Source of the DNA: a virus
Taxonomy: Duplodnaviria > Caudoviricetes
Strand: one strand, 5' to 3'
DNA length: 64,000 bases
IMG/VR virus record: IMGVR_UViG_3300012667_000244
Span: 34,326-98,325 of that record
Shown: one piece after another, positions 39,110-49,172 of the stretch
Layout of the letters: every line of letters starts with the position of its first letter
Position numbering within the stretch: the first letter of the stretch is position 1
Translations under genes and position numbers: made by a program
The notes under the pieces: model-generated
Database searches by the model: none
What the model saw: only the letters and a program-made list of their open reading frames with translations
What the model was told of the DNA's origin: nothing

Positions 39110-39154
39110 GAAATATTTATATACGCACTTAACTCCACTAAATATTTCCATGGA
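39105..39154. promoter_or_regulatory. Back-to-back late promoter cassette (inverted repeat)
   Basis: TCCATGAAATATTTA...TAAATATTTCCATGGA; TATAAATA-N4-ATG (minus) and TAAATA-N5-ATG (plus). Confidence 0.7.
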
Positions 39155-40574
39155 ACATACACAAAAAGTATTTTGGCTTCAACCAGAATCAACGCAAATA
39201 GGCAGTTGGCAGAAACAGATCACGGACATTGCAGGAAGCCCTAGCTTCTGCGTCCTACCATGGATACACATTGCAACTCGTCCAAACGGAGATATGCGTG
39301 TATGTTGTGTGGCTAATGCAAGTGGTGCTGACACGGGCGACTACTCTGTAGGATTGGTTAAGAAAGAAGATGGGGAGCCTGCTAACTTTGGAAACAGTTT
39401 ACCCAGCGAAGCTTTCAACAACGACTACATGAAGAGTCTACGCAAGACCATGTTAGAAGGGGCAGTACCTGCTAGTTGTAAAAAGTGCTACGATGAAGAA
39501 GCACAGGGCATTAGCAGTAAGCGCATCTGGGAAACAGGCACTTGGCATTACGAAGGTGTAGACATTCCCGAGCTGATTAAGCAAACTGAAGAAGATGGTT
39601 CAGTTCCATACAAGCTACAATACCTCGACCTACGCTTGGGACACACCTGCAACTTAAAATGTATTATGTGCAGTCCACACGATTCGAGTATGTGGGTCGC
39701 TGAACACAAGAAAATATTTCCTATCATTCAAAGTCCTGTTATCCGTAGCCAGATGGAATGGAATCAAGCAGACTTTGACAACTACTGGCATGAGAAGCCG
39801 GAGTTCTGGGCAGAAGTTTTTGACCAGATCCCTAACATTAAACAACTATACTTCGCAGGCGGCGAACCCCTGTTGATCAAAGAGCATAGAATATTCTTGG
39901 AAGAGATCATTCGCAGAGGTTATGCCGACAAGATTCTCCTGCGCTACAACAGTAATGGCCTACTAGTAGACGATGCCATGATTGATCTATGGAAACACTT
40001 CCGTAAGGTCAAGTTCAGTATCAGCATTGATGGCATCGGCGAACGCTTAGAGTACATTCGCTATCCAACTAACTGGAAGAAACTAGAAGCAGTCCTGTGG
40101 AAGTTGGAGGCTGCGCCTGAACATATTCATACTAACATTGAACTAGCTGTGCAACTGTTAAACATCAAGCACATTCCAGAGTTTATCAAGTGGAAGATTA
40201 ACAGTGGTTTCAAGAAACTTAACATGGGCACCAATGTAGTAGGACAACAACTAGGCGGTGGCATTGCTAATGCACACTTGTTATGGATTCCTACATGGAT
40301 GAATGTGCGGGTCTTACCTAAAGAAGATAAAGAAGAAGTCCGCGAACTGTTTGAAGAACTTAAAAGATGGCTATGGGAAAACTATACGCAGGACAAAGAG
40401 TTCTGGGTCACTAACCCTTACGGATGGAAACGCTGGGAAGGTATGTTAGACTTTATGGACAGTGAAGATCAAAGCTACTTGTTGCCTGACTTTAAAGAGT
40501 TTATCAACACTATGGACAAGCAACGCAAGACAGACTTTAAGGCTGTATTTCCAGAGTTGGCACATTTGAGTTAA
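39150..40574 (+). CDS. Radical SAM protein with N-terminal twitch (group B)
   Basis: FCVLPW...RVCC...CKKC; CNLKCIMC; GGEP; start trimmed to 39150. Confidence 0.9.
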   Translation: MEHTQKVFWLQPESTQIGSWQKQITDIAGSPSFCVLPWIHIATRPNGDMRVCCVANASGADTGDYSVGLVKKEDGEPANFGNSLPSEAFNNDYMKSLRKTMLEGAVPASCKKCYDEEAQGISSKRIWETGTWHYEGVDIPELIKQTEEDGSVPYKLQYLDLRLGHTCNLKCIMCSPHDSSMWVAEHKKIFPIIQSPVIRSQMEWNQADFDNYWHEKPEFWAEVFDQIPNIKQLYFAGGEPLLIKEHRIFLEEIIRRGYADKILLRYNSNGLLVDDAMIDLWKHFRKVKFSISIDGIGERLEYIRYPTNWKKLEAVLWKLEAAPEHIHTNIELAVQLLNIKHIPEFIKWKINSGFKKLNMGTNVVGQQLGGGIANAHLLWIPTWMNVRVLPKEDKEEVRELFEELKRWLWENYTQDKEFWVTNPYGWKRWEGMLDFMDSEDQSYLLPDFKEFINTMDKQRKTDFKAVFPELAHLS

Positions 40575-41265
40575 GCGCCCACTCACGCTCCTTGCACCAG
40601 AAGCAGGTACCACAGACGGGGACATATTGTCCCTTTTTGTATGATGTGTAATCTAAGCCTGCAACTGTACCTTCACAACTGCGTGTGCGATTGAACAGGT
40701 CCATAATACCTAGCTCAAGATACTTCTTAACTATCTCAGACTTGTCTACAAAGCGGAAGGGATGTATAGCCCAACGACCCATGTGTTGCATAACTTCAAG
40801 ATGGCGGTTGGCTTCAGAGGGCGTAATGTCACGCTCAACCATACCATTAGCAAATGCCAGCTGAGGATTGCGGGTGACTCCGTTGTAGTAAGCATCAATA
40901 TCGTACTTGTTGCAGATGTACTCTGCATAAGCTCGTTGCTGAATATTATCACCCGACACCTTCTTGCCATATTCGTCAGTAAGATTAGGGCCCACATTGC
41001 CGTACTCTAGTTCGGGGGCAATAAAGTTAGTGTGACGCTTAAACTTAGTATGGTAGAATCTCTGGAACAGCCATTGGTAAACGGCATCAGCATCGTCTTG
41101 TTGCCACGGCTTAGTCTTCCAACATCTCACATGATTGATAATGTGTATAGTTGCGCCTTGTTCGTAGGCAGCTTCGCAGACCATATAAGCCAATAAGGCT
41201 GAGTCAGCGCCGCCCGACACGCTGATAGCAATGTCTGTCCATTCTGGGTTAAAGTGTAGATTCAT
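40537..41265 (-). CDS. QueC-like PP-loop ATPase
   Basis: SVSGGADS; PF...K.EIV; TRSC...CGTCFWCKER Zn motif. Confidence 0.75.
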   Translation of the reverse strand: MNLHFNPEWTDIAISVSGGADSALLAYMVCEAAYEQGATIHIINHVRCWKTKPWQQDDADAVYQWLFQRFYHTKFKRHTNFIAPELEYGNVGPNLTDEYGKKVSGDNIQQRAYAEYICNKYDIDAYYNGVTRNPQLAFANGMVERDITPSEANRHLEVMQHMGRWAIHPFRFVDKSEIVKKYLELGIMDLFNRTRSCEGTVAGLDYTSYKKGQYVPVCGTCFWCKEREWALNSNVPTLEIQP

Positions 41266-41307
41266 GAAATATTTACCCTAGTTAAAGTAGCACATAAATA
41301 TTTCATG
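41263..41307. promoter_or_regulatory. Back-to-back late promoter cassette (perfect 13-bp inverted repeat)
   Basis: CATGAAATATTTA...TAAATATTTCATG; TAAATA-N4-ATG on both strands. Confidence 0.7.
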
Positions 41308-41970
41308 TTATACAGCTCCGGACACCAAGTACCAAACGAACTCTTTGAAGAAGCATTGGCTAACTTGCCATCTGGCGGATTCAAGCAGACTATTAATCAA
41401 CCTACAGGCGACTTCTTTTACAATCCTTGGGAAATTAAAACTGAGTTCAAAGGAACAGTTTGGGAACGCATACTAGATACACTGCCGCATGATAAAGGCG
41501 AAGCTCGTTTAATTACATTAGAGCCAGGTAGTTGCTACTACAGTCATGCAGATATTGATGACCGTTGGCACTTGAGTCTAACAGGCAATCAAAGTTTCCT
41601 ACTTGATCTAACTAACGAACAGATGTTTAAGTTAGAACAAGATCGTACATGGTACGATATGCTTGCAGGACGCATACATAGCGCCGCAAACTTTGGTCAA
41701 ATACCTCGTGTACAGTTAGTAGTTAGACAACTGCTATGGGACAACGAGCTTGCAAATCCTGTGCATGTAAGAATAGAACAAGCTACAGACAAATACGACT
41801 ATCGTTATTTGTTTGACAATCATATAAGCCCGTGGCTTAATGATGCTAACCGAGATGGGCATATTAATAACTTCAAGTTCACTGGCAGTGAAGTTAGTTT
41901 TAGTGTCGAGCAAGATCATTTAACACAATTAGAATCACTTGTGCCGGAGTACTTTAGGATAGTAAAATGA
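41305..41970 (+). CDS. AspH/2OG-Fe(II)-type oxygenase
   Basis: HAD...RWH...HSAAN...RVQL. Confidence 0.7.
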   Translation: MLYSSGHQVPNELFEEALANLPSGGFKQTINQPTGDFFYNPWEIKTEFKGTVWERILDTLPHDKGEARLITLEPGSCYYSHADIDDRWHLSLTGNQSFLLDLTNEQMFKLEQDRTWYDMLAGRIHSAANFGQIPRVQLVVRQLLWDNELANPVHVRIEQATDKYDYRYLFDNHISPWLNDANRDGHINNFKFTGSEVSFSVEQDHLTQLESLVPEYFRIVK

Positions 41971-42515
41971 AATGTAAATTAATAGGCAACTGTCAGACTG
42001 TTGACTGGTCTGCCTTACTAGAAGAAATTAAAGATAAGGACGGGGATGTTAGATCCTACGGTGTTGACTTTTATCAAAACAAAGATGGTCGCTTCAATGA
42101 GATTATTGATATGTGGAAGACTGCAGGCTACGACAAGTCGGGCACTGTTGAATGGATTAACTACTATCCAGGGCAGCACTTTAGTGAACACTACATTAAA
42201 CAATTTGAAGAATACACTGATACTACCGGTGTGAGAGCATGGGTTAGTAAGATCAAGCCGGGCCGTTATGCGCCTTACCACTGGGACATAGATGATTTTG
42301 AAGAAGATTATCTCAAGCAGGGCAAGCTGGTACGCTTCACAGCACACCCTAGCAAGCCTGTACTAGGTCAAGTATTAATAGTTGAAGAGGATGTGTTCCA
42401 CAATCAACCTACAGGTAATGTATATCAGTGGCCCGACCATCGTGCATGGCATGCTGGCGGCAACTGTAGCTTTGAACCTAAGTACTTGTTTAACTTCTTA
42501 GGAGCAACTAAATGA
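41967..42515 (+). CDS. AspH/2OG-Fe(II)-type oxygenase
   Basis: PG..APYHWD...WHAGGN...K. Confidence 0.7.
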   Translation: MKCKLIGNCQTVDWSALLEEIKDKDGDVRSYGVDFYQNKDGRFNEIIDMWKTAGYDKSGTVEWINYYPGQHFSEHYIKQFEEYTDTTGVRAWVSKIKPGRYAPYHWDIDDFEEDYLKQGKLVRFTAHPSKPVLGQVLIVEEDVFHNQPTGNVYQWPDHRAWHAGGNCSFEPKYLFNFLGATK

Positions 42516-43045
42516 AATTTATAGGCAATAGCTCCAGTGTTATTAACTGGGAAGAACTAGTTGCACGCCTGCGTACAGAAGAAGGACGCTTCCGTGGCAG
42601 CAATCAAGAAGATGACATCCACGAAAATCCTAAAGTAGCAGAGCTTAGAAAGACTTGGCAGGCAGCAGGCTATGAAGGCAACCAAGCAGTAGGCTGGGTT
42701 GACTATGAAGTACCAGAAGAAGTCATTGCCAAGTTCGCTGACTTTGTTGGAGCGCATGTAGTTGGTGGTTGGATCACTAGTGTACCTCCGGGATACTGCG
42801 TACCTTGGCACTACGACATAACAGATGAAGAAGAACAAATGCTAGCACAAGGCCAGCCTTTGCGCTTTACCTGTCACATTAGTCAACCTAAGTTTGGTCA
42901 AGTGTTTGTGTTAGAAGATCATGTGTTCGCCAATGAAGCACAAGGCAATGTTTACCAATGGGCTGACTGGCAACAGTGGCACGGTGGTATGAACATGGGC
43001 TTAGAAGCCAAGTTCTTGTTTAACTTTATAGGATATGCCAAGTGA
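42512..43045 (+). CDS. AspH/2OG-Fe(II)-type oxygenase (tandem paralogue of 41967)
   Basis: PG..VPWHYD...GNVYQW...WHGGMN...KFLFNF. Confidence 0.7.
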   Translation: MKFIGNSSSVINWEELVARLRTEEGRFRGSNQEDDIHENPKVAELRKTWQAAGYEGNQAVGWVDYEVPEEVIAKFADFVGAHVVGGWITSVPPGYCVPWHYDITDEEEQMLAQGQPLRFTCHISQPKFGQVFVLEDHVFANEAQGNVYQWADWQQWHGGMNMGLEAKFLFNFIGYAK

Positions 43046-43617
43046 ACAAGTATTGTTTAGACCTAACTATTCCTGATCTGCATCCTTTACAAGATGCTAG
43101 TGTATTAAATCAAACAGGCACAGATCCTGAGATATGGTTCGCTAGCCCGGATAATGTTAATCTAGAGTTTGCCAAGTGGTTAGACAGTTTAGATCTAGTC
43201 ATGACTTACCCGCCTTTGATATTCTACACACCACCCGGCCAGCAATGCGGCATTCACATTGATGGATTTGGTCTAACTGACCGTGCCTGCATGAACTTTA
43301 TTGTGCAGGGAGTGGGCAGTATAATGCACTGGTACAGTCTAAACCCAACAGAAGATATTACAGAACAAGTTGCTACCCAAGCTGATACTCCTTATACACT
43401 GTATCAACCAGAACAAGTCACACATGCCTACTCACAACCAGTACGCTGGCCAAGTCTAGTGCAAACAGGTGTGCCGCATAACATAACCAACCATACTAAA
43501 GAGCCGCGCTGGTGCATTAGCTGTGACATTAGTCGTAAGTCTGCTCCAGAAGCAGGCTTAACTTGGGAAGAAGCAATTACAATATTTAAAGACTATGATA
43601 ACTCGAATTCAAATTGA
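43042..43617 (+). CDS. 2OG-Fe(II)/cupin oxygenase-like protein
   Basis: IHID...GVPHNI...RWCIS. Confidence 0.65.
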   Translation: MNKYCLDLTIPDLHPLQDASVLNQTGTDPEIWFASPDNVNLEFAKWLDSLDLVMTYPPLIFYTPPGQQCGIHIDGFGLTDRACMNFIVQGVGSIMHWYSLNPTEDITEQVATQADTPYTLYQPEQVTHAYSQPVRWPSLVQTGVPHNITNHTKEPRWCISCDISRKSAPEAGLTWEEAITIFKDYDNSNSN

Positions 43618-44644
43618 AACAAGCACTATCTGCAATGCGGCATGTCCGCAATGTTTTAGAGAAGATAGATTTGGTGACTATAGCTGGTTTGAACAGACAT
43701 ACTTGCCTACTGAGTTTTACGATCGAATCCCTGACGAAATATATCAGCAAGCAGACTTAGACTTTTGCGGAACACTAGGCGACCCATGTGCCGCACCTAA
43801 TTTCTTAGAAGTAATTGAGAAGATTAAAACTAAAAACTCTAGTAAGACTATCGGTATTGCTACTAATGGGGGCATGAAGACTCCAGAGTGGTGGGCTAAG
43901 TTGGGAGCATTGTTAGGACCTAATGACCATGTTATATTTGGAATCGATGGGTTAGAAGACTTGAATCATGTCTACAGAGTTAATGTACGATGGAACAAGT
44001 TAATGGAGAACATTAAGGCCTTCATCGCCGCAGGCGGAAGAGCTAATTGGCAGTTTATTCCATTCTTACATAATCAACATCAGATCGAAGCATGTAAACA
44101 ACTGTCTAAAGAGATGGGCTTTATTAGCTTTTTTACTGTAGAAAATACACGCTACATTTTAGATGCGGCAAACGGCAATGTTAGATATGGTGCTAATAAA
44201 ACATTACTACAGCAACCGTCGCTGCCTAAGTATCAAAGCGAAACAGTAATTAATTTTAGTCCTAGCATTAACGATTATAAGTCGTTTAGAGATGCTACTG
44301 AGTCAGGATCAATATGTTGCGAAAGCTTAGACAAAAAAGAAATGTACATTGATGTTAAAGGACGACTATTACCATGTTGTTACCTGTCAGGTGCAACACA
44401 TACATTAGATCCCACTGATGAATGGGATGGCTTTTATAAGTTCTGGACTGAACACGGCGGTGACAAGGTTAGTTTATTCTATCATACTTGGAACGAAGTG
44501 CTTGAAGCAGATTACTACACTGCCTTAAAAGAAACATGGACGAAGAAATATGGTCAAGGACGATTATTAGTGTGCTCTGCTACTTGTGCAAAATCTGAAG
44601 GTCAGTTGTTAAAGTACAACACCTTTAAGGAAGAGCATGAATAA
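43595..44644 (+). CDS. Radical SAM/SPASM-like protein (group C)
   Basis: CNAACPQC, CGTLGDP, FGIDG, MYID..G.LLPCC, CSATC. Confidence 0.9.
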   Translation: MITRIQIETSTICNAACPQCFREDRFGDYSWFEQTYLPTEFYDRIPDEIYQQADLDFCGTLGDPCAAPNFLEVIEKIKTKNSSKTIGIATNGGMKTPEWWAKLGALLGPNDHVIFGIDGLEDLNHVYRVNVRWNKLMENIKAFIAAGGRANWQFIPFLHNQHQIEACKQLSKEMGFISFFTVENTRYILDAANGNVRYGANKTLLQQPSLPKYQSETVINFSPSINDYKSFRDATESGSICCESLDKKEMYIDVKGRLLPCCYLSGATHTLDPTDEWDGFYKFWTEHGGDKVSLFYHTWNEVLEADYYTALKETWTKKYGQGRLLVCSATCAKSEGQLLKYNTFKEEHE

Positions 44645-45290
44645 CATAGACCTAGCTCGCAAGATCTTAAGGAACACAGACATTCCTTGGTTGCAATTAG
44701 ATATTCCGTTTAATGTAGACTTGTGGAAGCAACAGGCATTAGAAGCAGAGTCATTCTATACTGAGTATAGAGATAGTGAAAGCCAAGGATGGTCAAGCTG
44801 TTGTTTGCATGGCTTAGGTGTAGATAAAACTTATACTGCTGATAATTATGGGCACAACGAGTACACCGCACCATACACCTTTACGGACCTAGCATATCGT
44901 ACACCTGCTATTACAGACTTTTGGAAATATCAATTTCCTGCAGAGCGTTATACTCGCATACGATTTATGAAAGTAGCCGCTGGCGGCAGCATTGCATGGC
45001 ATAATGATGGCACTATACCAGAAAACATTGATCCGTTGTTAAGCATATTACCAATTAACTTAGCTATTAGGCATCCTTCTAATTGTACAATGGAATTGGA
45101 AGGGCACGGAGCAGTGCCTTGGGATGAAGGCAAGATGTTCCTAATCAATATTAGTAAGAACCATGCAGTGTTCAATCATAGTAGCAAGGATCGTATACAC
45201 ATGATTTCCAATGTTGTACTAGGTAATAGAACCAAAGAGTTTTGTGATATGCTAGTAAGATGCTATACTGAGCAATATGGTAAAATTTGA
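44637..45290 (+). CDS. AspH-type oxygenase
   Basis: RIRFM...GG.I.WHND...HAVFN.S...RIH. Confidence 0.75.
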   Translation: MNNIDLARKILRNTDIPWLQLDIPFNVDLWKQQALEAESFYTEYRDSESQGWSSCCLHGLGVDKTYTADNYGHNEYTAPYTFTDLAYRTPAITDFWKYQFPAERYTRIRFMKVAAGGSIAWHNDGTIPENIDPLLSILPINLAIRHPSNCTMELEGHGAVPWDEGKMFLINISKNHAVFNHSSKDRIHMISNVVLGNRTKEFCDMLVRCYTEQYGKI

Positions 45291-46599
45291 TACACCCGCA
45301 GGATCACCTGACATAGTTTTTATAGTTTTGGATCGCATTAGCCAATGCCAGAACGCATGGTCTGCTGAGTTAATGAAAAACTTATCCGACTTTGTTATTT
45401 CGAATATTAACGAAAAAGGCTTCAATGTTATTCAAGGCATTGACGAAGACCTCTTACTCTGTGAAGCTGCCAAAACATACAATCACGCTGTGGTCATGAG
45501 TACTGGTACAGAGTTTATCAACGGTGACGAGTTCTTTAACGAGTTAGAAAATTTTATCTACAGTGAATACTACTTCTTGATGGGACATATTCCCGATAGA
45601 GATGACGGTTATTATGAGTTGCACGATCAATGCTACTTGATTAACCTCGCAATATACGATCAAATAGGACAACCTAAAGTAGGCGAGCCAGCATACTACT
45701 CAGCACACGAGCAGTTAGAGCCCTTGCGTAGCGAACAAAATGTACACGACGATTATACTCCTACATGGGTTATGAAAGGTCATACTACTAAACAGTACAA
45801 ACACAAGTGGCACGGTTGGAATATTCTAGCAAGAGCGTTTGAAGGGAACCATCCAGTCCTCGTGTTCCCCGAAGAGTTTAGAAACAACAAACTCAACTAC
45901 TATCCTAACTACGAACCTGCGTTCCTAAAGGCTAGCACTTACTTGTACGGTAAGAATCAAGTGGCGGCGCAGACAATGTTCTATCCCCACAACACAGAAG
46001 AAGTAGTTAAGGTTGAGTTTGAAGGCCCTATTAGGCAGTTAGTCACACAAGCAAGCGGACTAAACTGGATAGACTACTTAATTACCTATGGCTACAATGC
46101 AGACACTGTAGTTCGCTTTGTGGATTACAATTTGTTTGCACTAGAGTGTATGAAAGAAATCACAGACAATTGGGATGGTACAAACTATTCTACATTTGTC
46201 CGTGACTACATTAACAAGCGAGCATCGTTCTTAGGTAAGGATGGTTCACAATGGTTAGCTGATGGCGGCAAGTTATTTGATCCAGACATTCCAGAGTGGA
46301 CATTAATCAAGGAAACAGTTAAGTTCGAGTTCCGACATGAAGACCTTGTGCTGAACAAGTCACTAGATGTAAGTACATGGGTTGATCCTGTTCCTAAAAC
46401 AATCGTACACTTGAGTCATATATTCAACTATGATCCAGTAGCACCGTTCTATCCATTGAAGCATAGAATATACAGTGAGCGGTTACTCAAACAAAAACTT
46501 GCAGAGCATGTACCGGATGCAACTATCATTATGCTAGGCAGTGTTGAGCCAATAGCTCGACCAACATGGCATATGAATGGAGATTGGAATGGACTATGA
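45277..46599 (+). CDS. Hypothetical two-domain protein (possible GT-A-like plus Rossmann/MTase-like)
   Basis: 440 aa; weak patterns only (QCYLINL; ASGLNW...FVDYN). Confidence 0.5.
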   Translation: MVKFDTPAGSPDIVFIVLDRISQCQNAWSAELMKNLSDFVISNINEKGFNVIQGIDEDLLLCEAAKTYNHAVVMSTGTEFINGDEFFNELENFIYSEYYFLMGHIPDRDDGYYELHDQCYLINLAIYDQIGQPKVGEPAYYSAHEQLEPLRSEQNVHDDYTPTWVMKGHTTKQYKHKWHGWNILARAFEGNHPVLVFPEEFRNNKLNYYPNYEPAFLKASTYLYGKNQVAAQTMFYPHNTEEVVKVEFEGPIRQLVTQASGLNWIDYLITYGYNADTVVRFVDYNLFALECMKEITDNWDGTNYSTFVRDYINKRASFLGKDGSQWLADGGKLFDPDIPEWTLIKETVKFEFRHEDLVLNKSLDVSTWVDPVPKTIVHLSHIFNYDPVAPFYPLKHRIYSERLLKQKLAEHVPDATIIMLGSVEPIARPTWHMNGDWNGL

Positions 46600-47122
46600 T
46601 GTAAACAAGTTTGTTTTTGCAGATAAGATTAATAAACTAATACCTGCTCTTAGAGCAGAGTTTCTATCTACACACGGACTTGATACTACAGATATACCGT
46701 TGTACAGCCAGTATATAGGAGATAGCCTAGATCCTCATGGTAAATGGAAAATGTTAGTTGTTAAGATCATGGGCGAGTGGGAGGAAGGTAATATATCTAA
46801 GTATCCTGTTCTTGCTGAACTAGTTAATAGTTTTGGAGATGTGTGTAGAGGTGCGGGATACAGTATTCTCGACGCAGGCGGATATGTTCCGATGCATACA
46901 GACACTGAGGAAGGGCACGAAAATTATGTAATATGTCATGTACCCTTGGTTGTACCAGAGGGAGATATAGGTTTCTTAGAAGGCACTTATAAAGGTACAT
47001 GGGTAGAAGGACAATGCTTTTTACTAAATGTAGACATACCACATTCTATTTGGAACAACACTACTCAACCTAGAGTAGTTGTCCTATTAGAGTTACTTAA
47101 AGAAGCAGCATATGATATTTAA
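46577..47122 (+). CDS. Aspartyl/asparaginyl beta-hydroxylase-like oxygenase
   Basis: YSIL..GG.VPMHTD...CHVPLVVP...HSIWN...PRVV. Start may be 46589. Confidence 0.8.
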   Translation: MEIGMDYDVNKFVFADKINKLIPALRAEFLSTHGLDTTDIPLYSQYIGDSLDPHGKWKMLVVKIMGEWEEGNISKYPVLAELVNSFGDVCRGAGYSILDAGGYVPMHTDTEEGHENYVICHVPLVVPEGDIGFLEGTYKGTWVEGQCFLLNVDIPHSIWNNTTQPRVVVLLELLKEAAYDI

Positions 47123-47723
47123 AAATATAGCAATTACAGGGCACAGTCGAGGCATTGGCAAAGGCCTGCTGGATTACTTTGACAGTCGAGGATGCCGTGT
47201 TAAGGGCTTTAGTCTAGACAACGGCTTTGATATCGGCACGAAAGAAAATCAAGAACAGATTATAGAGCTGACCAAAGACTGTGACCTATTCATCAACAAT
47301 GCCTACAGTGGATACGCACAACGAGATATTGCTAAGTTATGGCAAGCCCAACACTGGCACGATGAACACTTTATCATTAATACCAGCAGTATGGCCGCTG
47401 AGCCCCTAGCAGATATCCCTACAAACTTTCCATGGCTCACTCCTTACGGAGAAGAGAAGTACGCAATTAACAAGACCAGCTGGGAGATCAACCACAGTGG
47501 TAGCAAGTGTAAGAGCATTGTTGTCATGCCCGGAGTAGTTGCTACACAGTTTTATAATCCCTACGACACAGAAGAACAAAACGGTATGGAACTCTATAAC
47601 AAGATTATAGAAACTAACAGTATCATTCAAGTAGAGGATCTTGTTAAGACAGTTGACCTAGTGCTACAAAGCATTAACGGTCGTAATTTTATTTCAAGTA
47701 TAACGGTATTAAATGGCTATTAA
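47112..47723 (+). CDS. Short-chain dehydrogenase/reductase
   Basis: TGHSRGIG, INNA, SS, YxxxK (YGEEK), PG.V.T. Confidence 0.85.
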   Translation: MIFKNIAITGHSRGIGKGLLDYFDSRGCRVKGFSLDNGFDIGTKENQEQIIELTKDCDLFINNAYSGYAQRDIAKLWQAQHWHDEHFIINTSSMAAEPLADIPTNFPWLTPYGEEKYAINKTSWEINHSGSKCKSIVVMPGVVATQFYNPYDTEEQNGMELYNKIIETNSIIQVEDLVKTVDLVLQSINGRNFISSITVLNGY

Positions 47724-48132
47724 AGATTGGGTAGAGCGTATTAGTAAGCCTACGGACTTGTTGGGTGGATTTAGTGTTTGTCCTTTTGCAAAAGGTGCAG
47801 AGTATTCTGTACACAAAACAGACGGCAGTGATATCAGCCCTCCCCCGTGGGATTTTGAATTAATCCTATACCAGCTTCCTGATAGCTATACAATCGATGA
47901 AGTAAATGCGATTGCAGACGAGTATAATAAAATCTACCCTGATTTAGTATTCCTTCCAGATCCTAAGGATCGCTACACTGAGATTAACGGTGTACAAACT
48001 AATAACGGCGAGTATAATCTTATACTATGCCAGTGGCGCGATAACTTAATGAAGGCAAGAGACAAGTTACAAAAGACAACATATTACAATCACTGGGCTA
48101 GTGATTATTTAGAAGAGATATTAACATCATGA
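47713..48132 (+). CDS. Hypothetical protein (CPFA motif, DUF1415-like)
   Basis: W...I......LGGFSVCPFAK. Confidence 0.55.
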   Translation: MAIKDWVERISKPTDLLGGFSVCPFAKGAEYSVHKTDGSDISPPPWDFELILYQLPDSYTIDEVNAIADEYNKIYPDLVFLPDPKDRYTEINGVQTNNGEYNLILCQWRDNLMKARDKLQKTTYYNHWASDYLEEILTS

Positions 48133-49172
48133 GTATATGGACAAACTGGGATCCACTTAAAGAAGTTATTGTAGGAGACTGCCCAGGCGGTGCATACAGC
48201 AATAACTTAGCAAGAATTTTTAGTGAAACAAAAGAAGACTTAAACAATCTTGCTGACTACCTGTCTAATATGGGTGTTCGGGTACACAGGCCGACTATAA
48301 CCTATCCTGCTAAAGAACTTGATTTAGGTTATTTCAAAATTGATTATCCTACTGCACCTATTGTTCCCCGAGACCAGTATCTAGTCTACGGCGAAACAGT
48401 ATTTCAAACATACACTAGTATGCCGGACAGGTACTTAGACAGCGTTAACTACAATCATATCTTTAAAGAGCTATTCGACCGAGGCCATAACTGGCTTAGT
48501 ATGCCTGCACCTAAATTAGATACGCTAGTCGACAAGTGGTGGGCTAACGGATATGAAGTATATCACGAACAATTAAAAGAACAAGTGCTATGGCACACAG
48601 CTACTATGTTTAAATGCGGGGACAAGTTAGTCACTAATACACAAGGGCCTGGCAACCTTGCAGGACTTGAATGGATGAAACGCAACTTGCCCGCTAACAC
48701 TATTGTTGATGTAGGTGCCACACACCAACAGGGCTTCGGGCATATTGACCACGGATGGTTCATGGTCAGTGATGAATTGATATTCTGTGTAAATCGAGAG
48801 TGGGTACCTGAACCGTTGCGTAATAAACAAATCGTTGAGCTAGAAGATCACTTTGATCAGTTTGACGACGAGAAGTTTATTGCTGACTTTTCTAGTACAT
48901 CTGGCAAGTATAGTGATGCTTGGTTAGACAAGTGGCTAACGCAGTGGAAGGGCTATGCTCAAGAAGTATTCTTTGATAGCAATGTCCTAGTTGTTGATAG
49001 TGAAAATGTTATATTCTCTAATCATCAACCTAGGATCTTTAAAGTCATGGAGCAACACGGTATTAACTGTCATGTAGTTCCACAGCGTCACGGATTGTTT
49101 TGGGAAGCAGGCATACACTGCCTAACATTAGACTTAGTCCGTGACGGAGTTTGCCGCTCTATAATCAATTAA
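48129..49172 (+). CDS. Amidinotransferase (pentein family; glycine/inosamine-phosphate amidinotransferase-like)
   Basis: WDPLKEVIVG, PRD, GHID, GIHCLTLD..R (catalytic His and Cys). Confidence 0.85.
   Translation: MSIWTNWDPLKEVIVGDCPGGAYSNNLARIFSETKEDLNNLADYLSNMGVRVHRPTITYPAKELDLGYFKIDYPTAPIVPRDQYLVYGETVFQTYTSMPDRYLDSVNYNHIFKELFDRGHNWLSMPAPKLDTLVDKWWANGYEVYHEQLKEQVLWHTATMFKCGDKLVTNTQGPGNLAGLEWMKRNLPANTIVDVGATHQQGFGHIDHGWFMVSDELIFCVNREWVPEPLRNKQIVELEDHFDQFDDEKFIADFSSTSGKYSDAWLDKWLTQWKGYAQEVFFDSNVLVVDSENVIFSNHQPRIFKVMEQHGINCHVVPQRHGLFWEAGIHCLTLDLVRDGVCRSIIN

Noticed and set aside
48129-49172. Amidinotransferase as archaeosine synthase
   Set aside because: Motifs are pentein-family (Arg-dependent), not ArcS, QueF-like or Gat-QueC.
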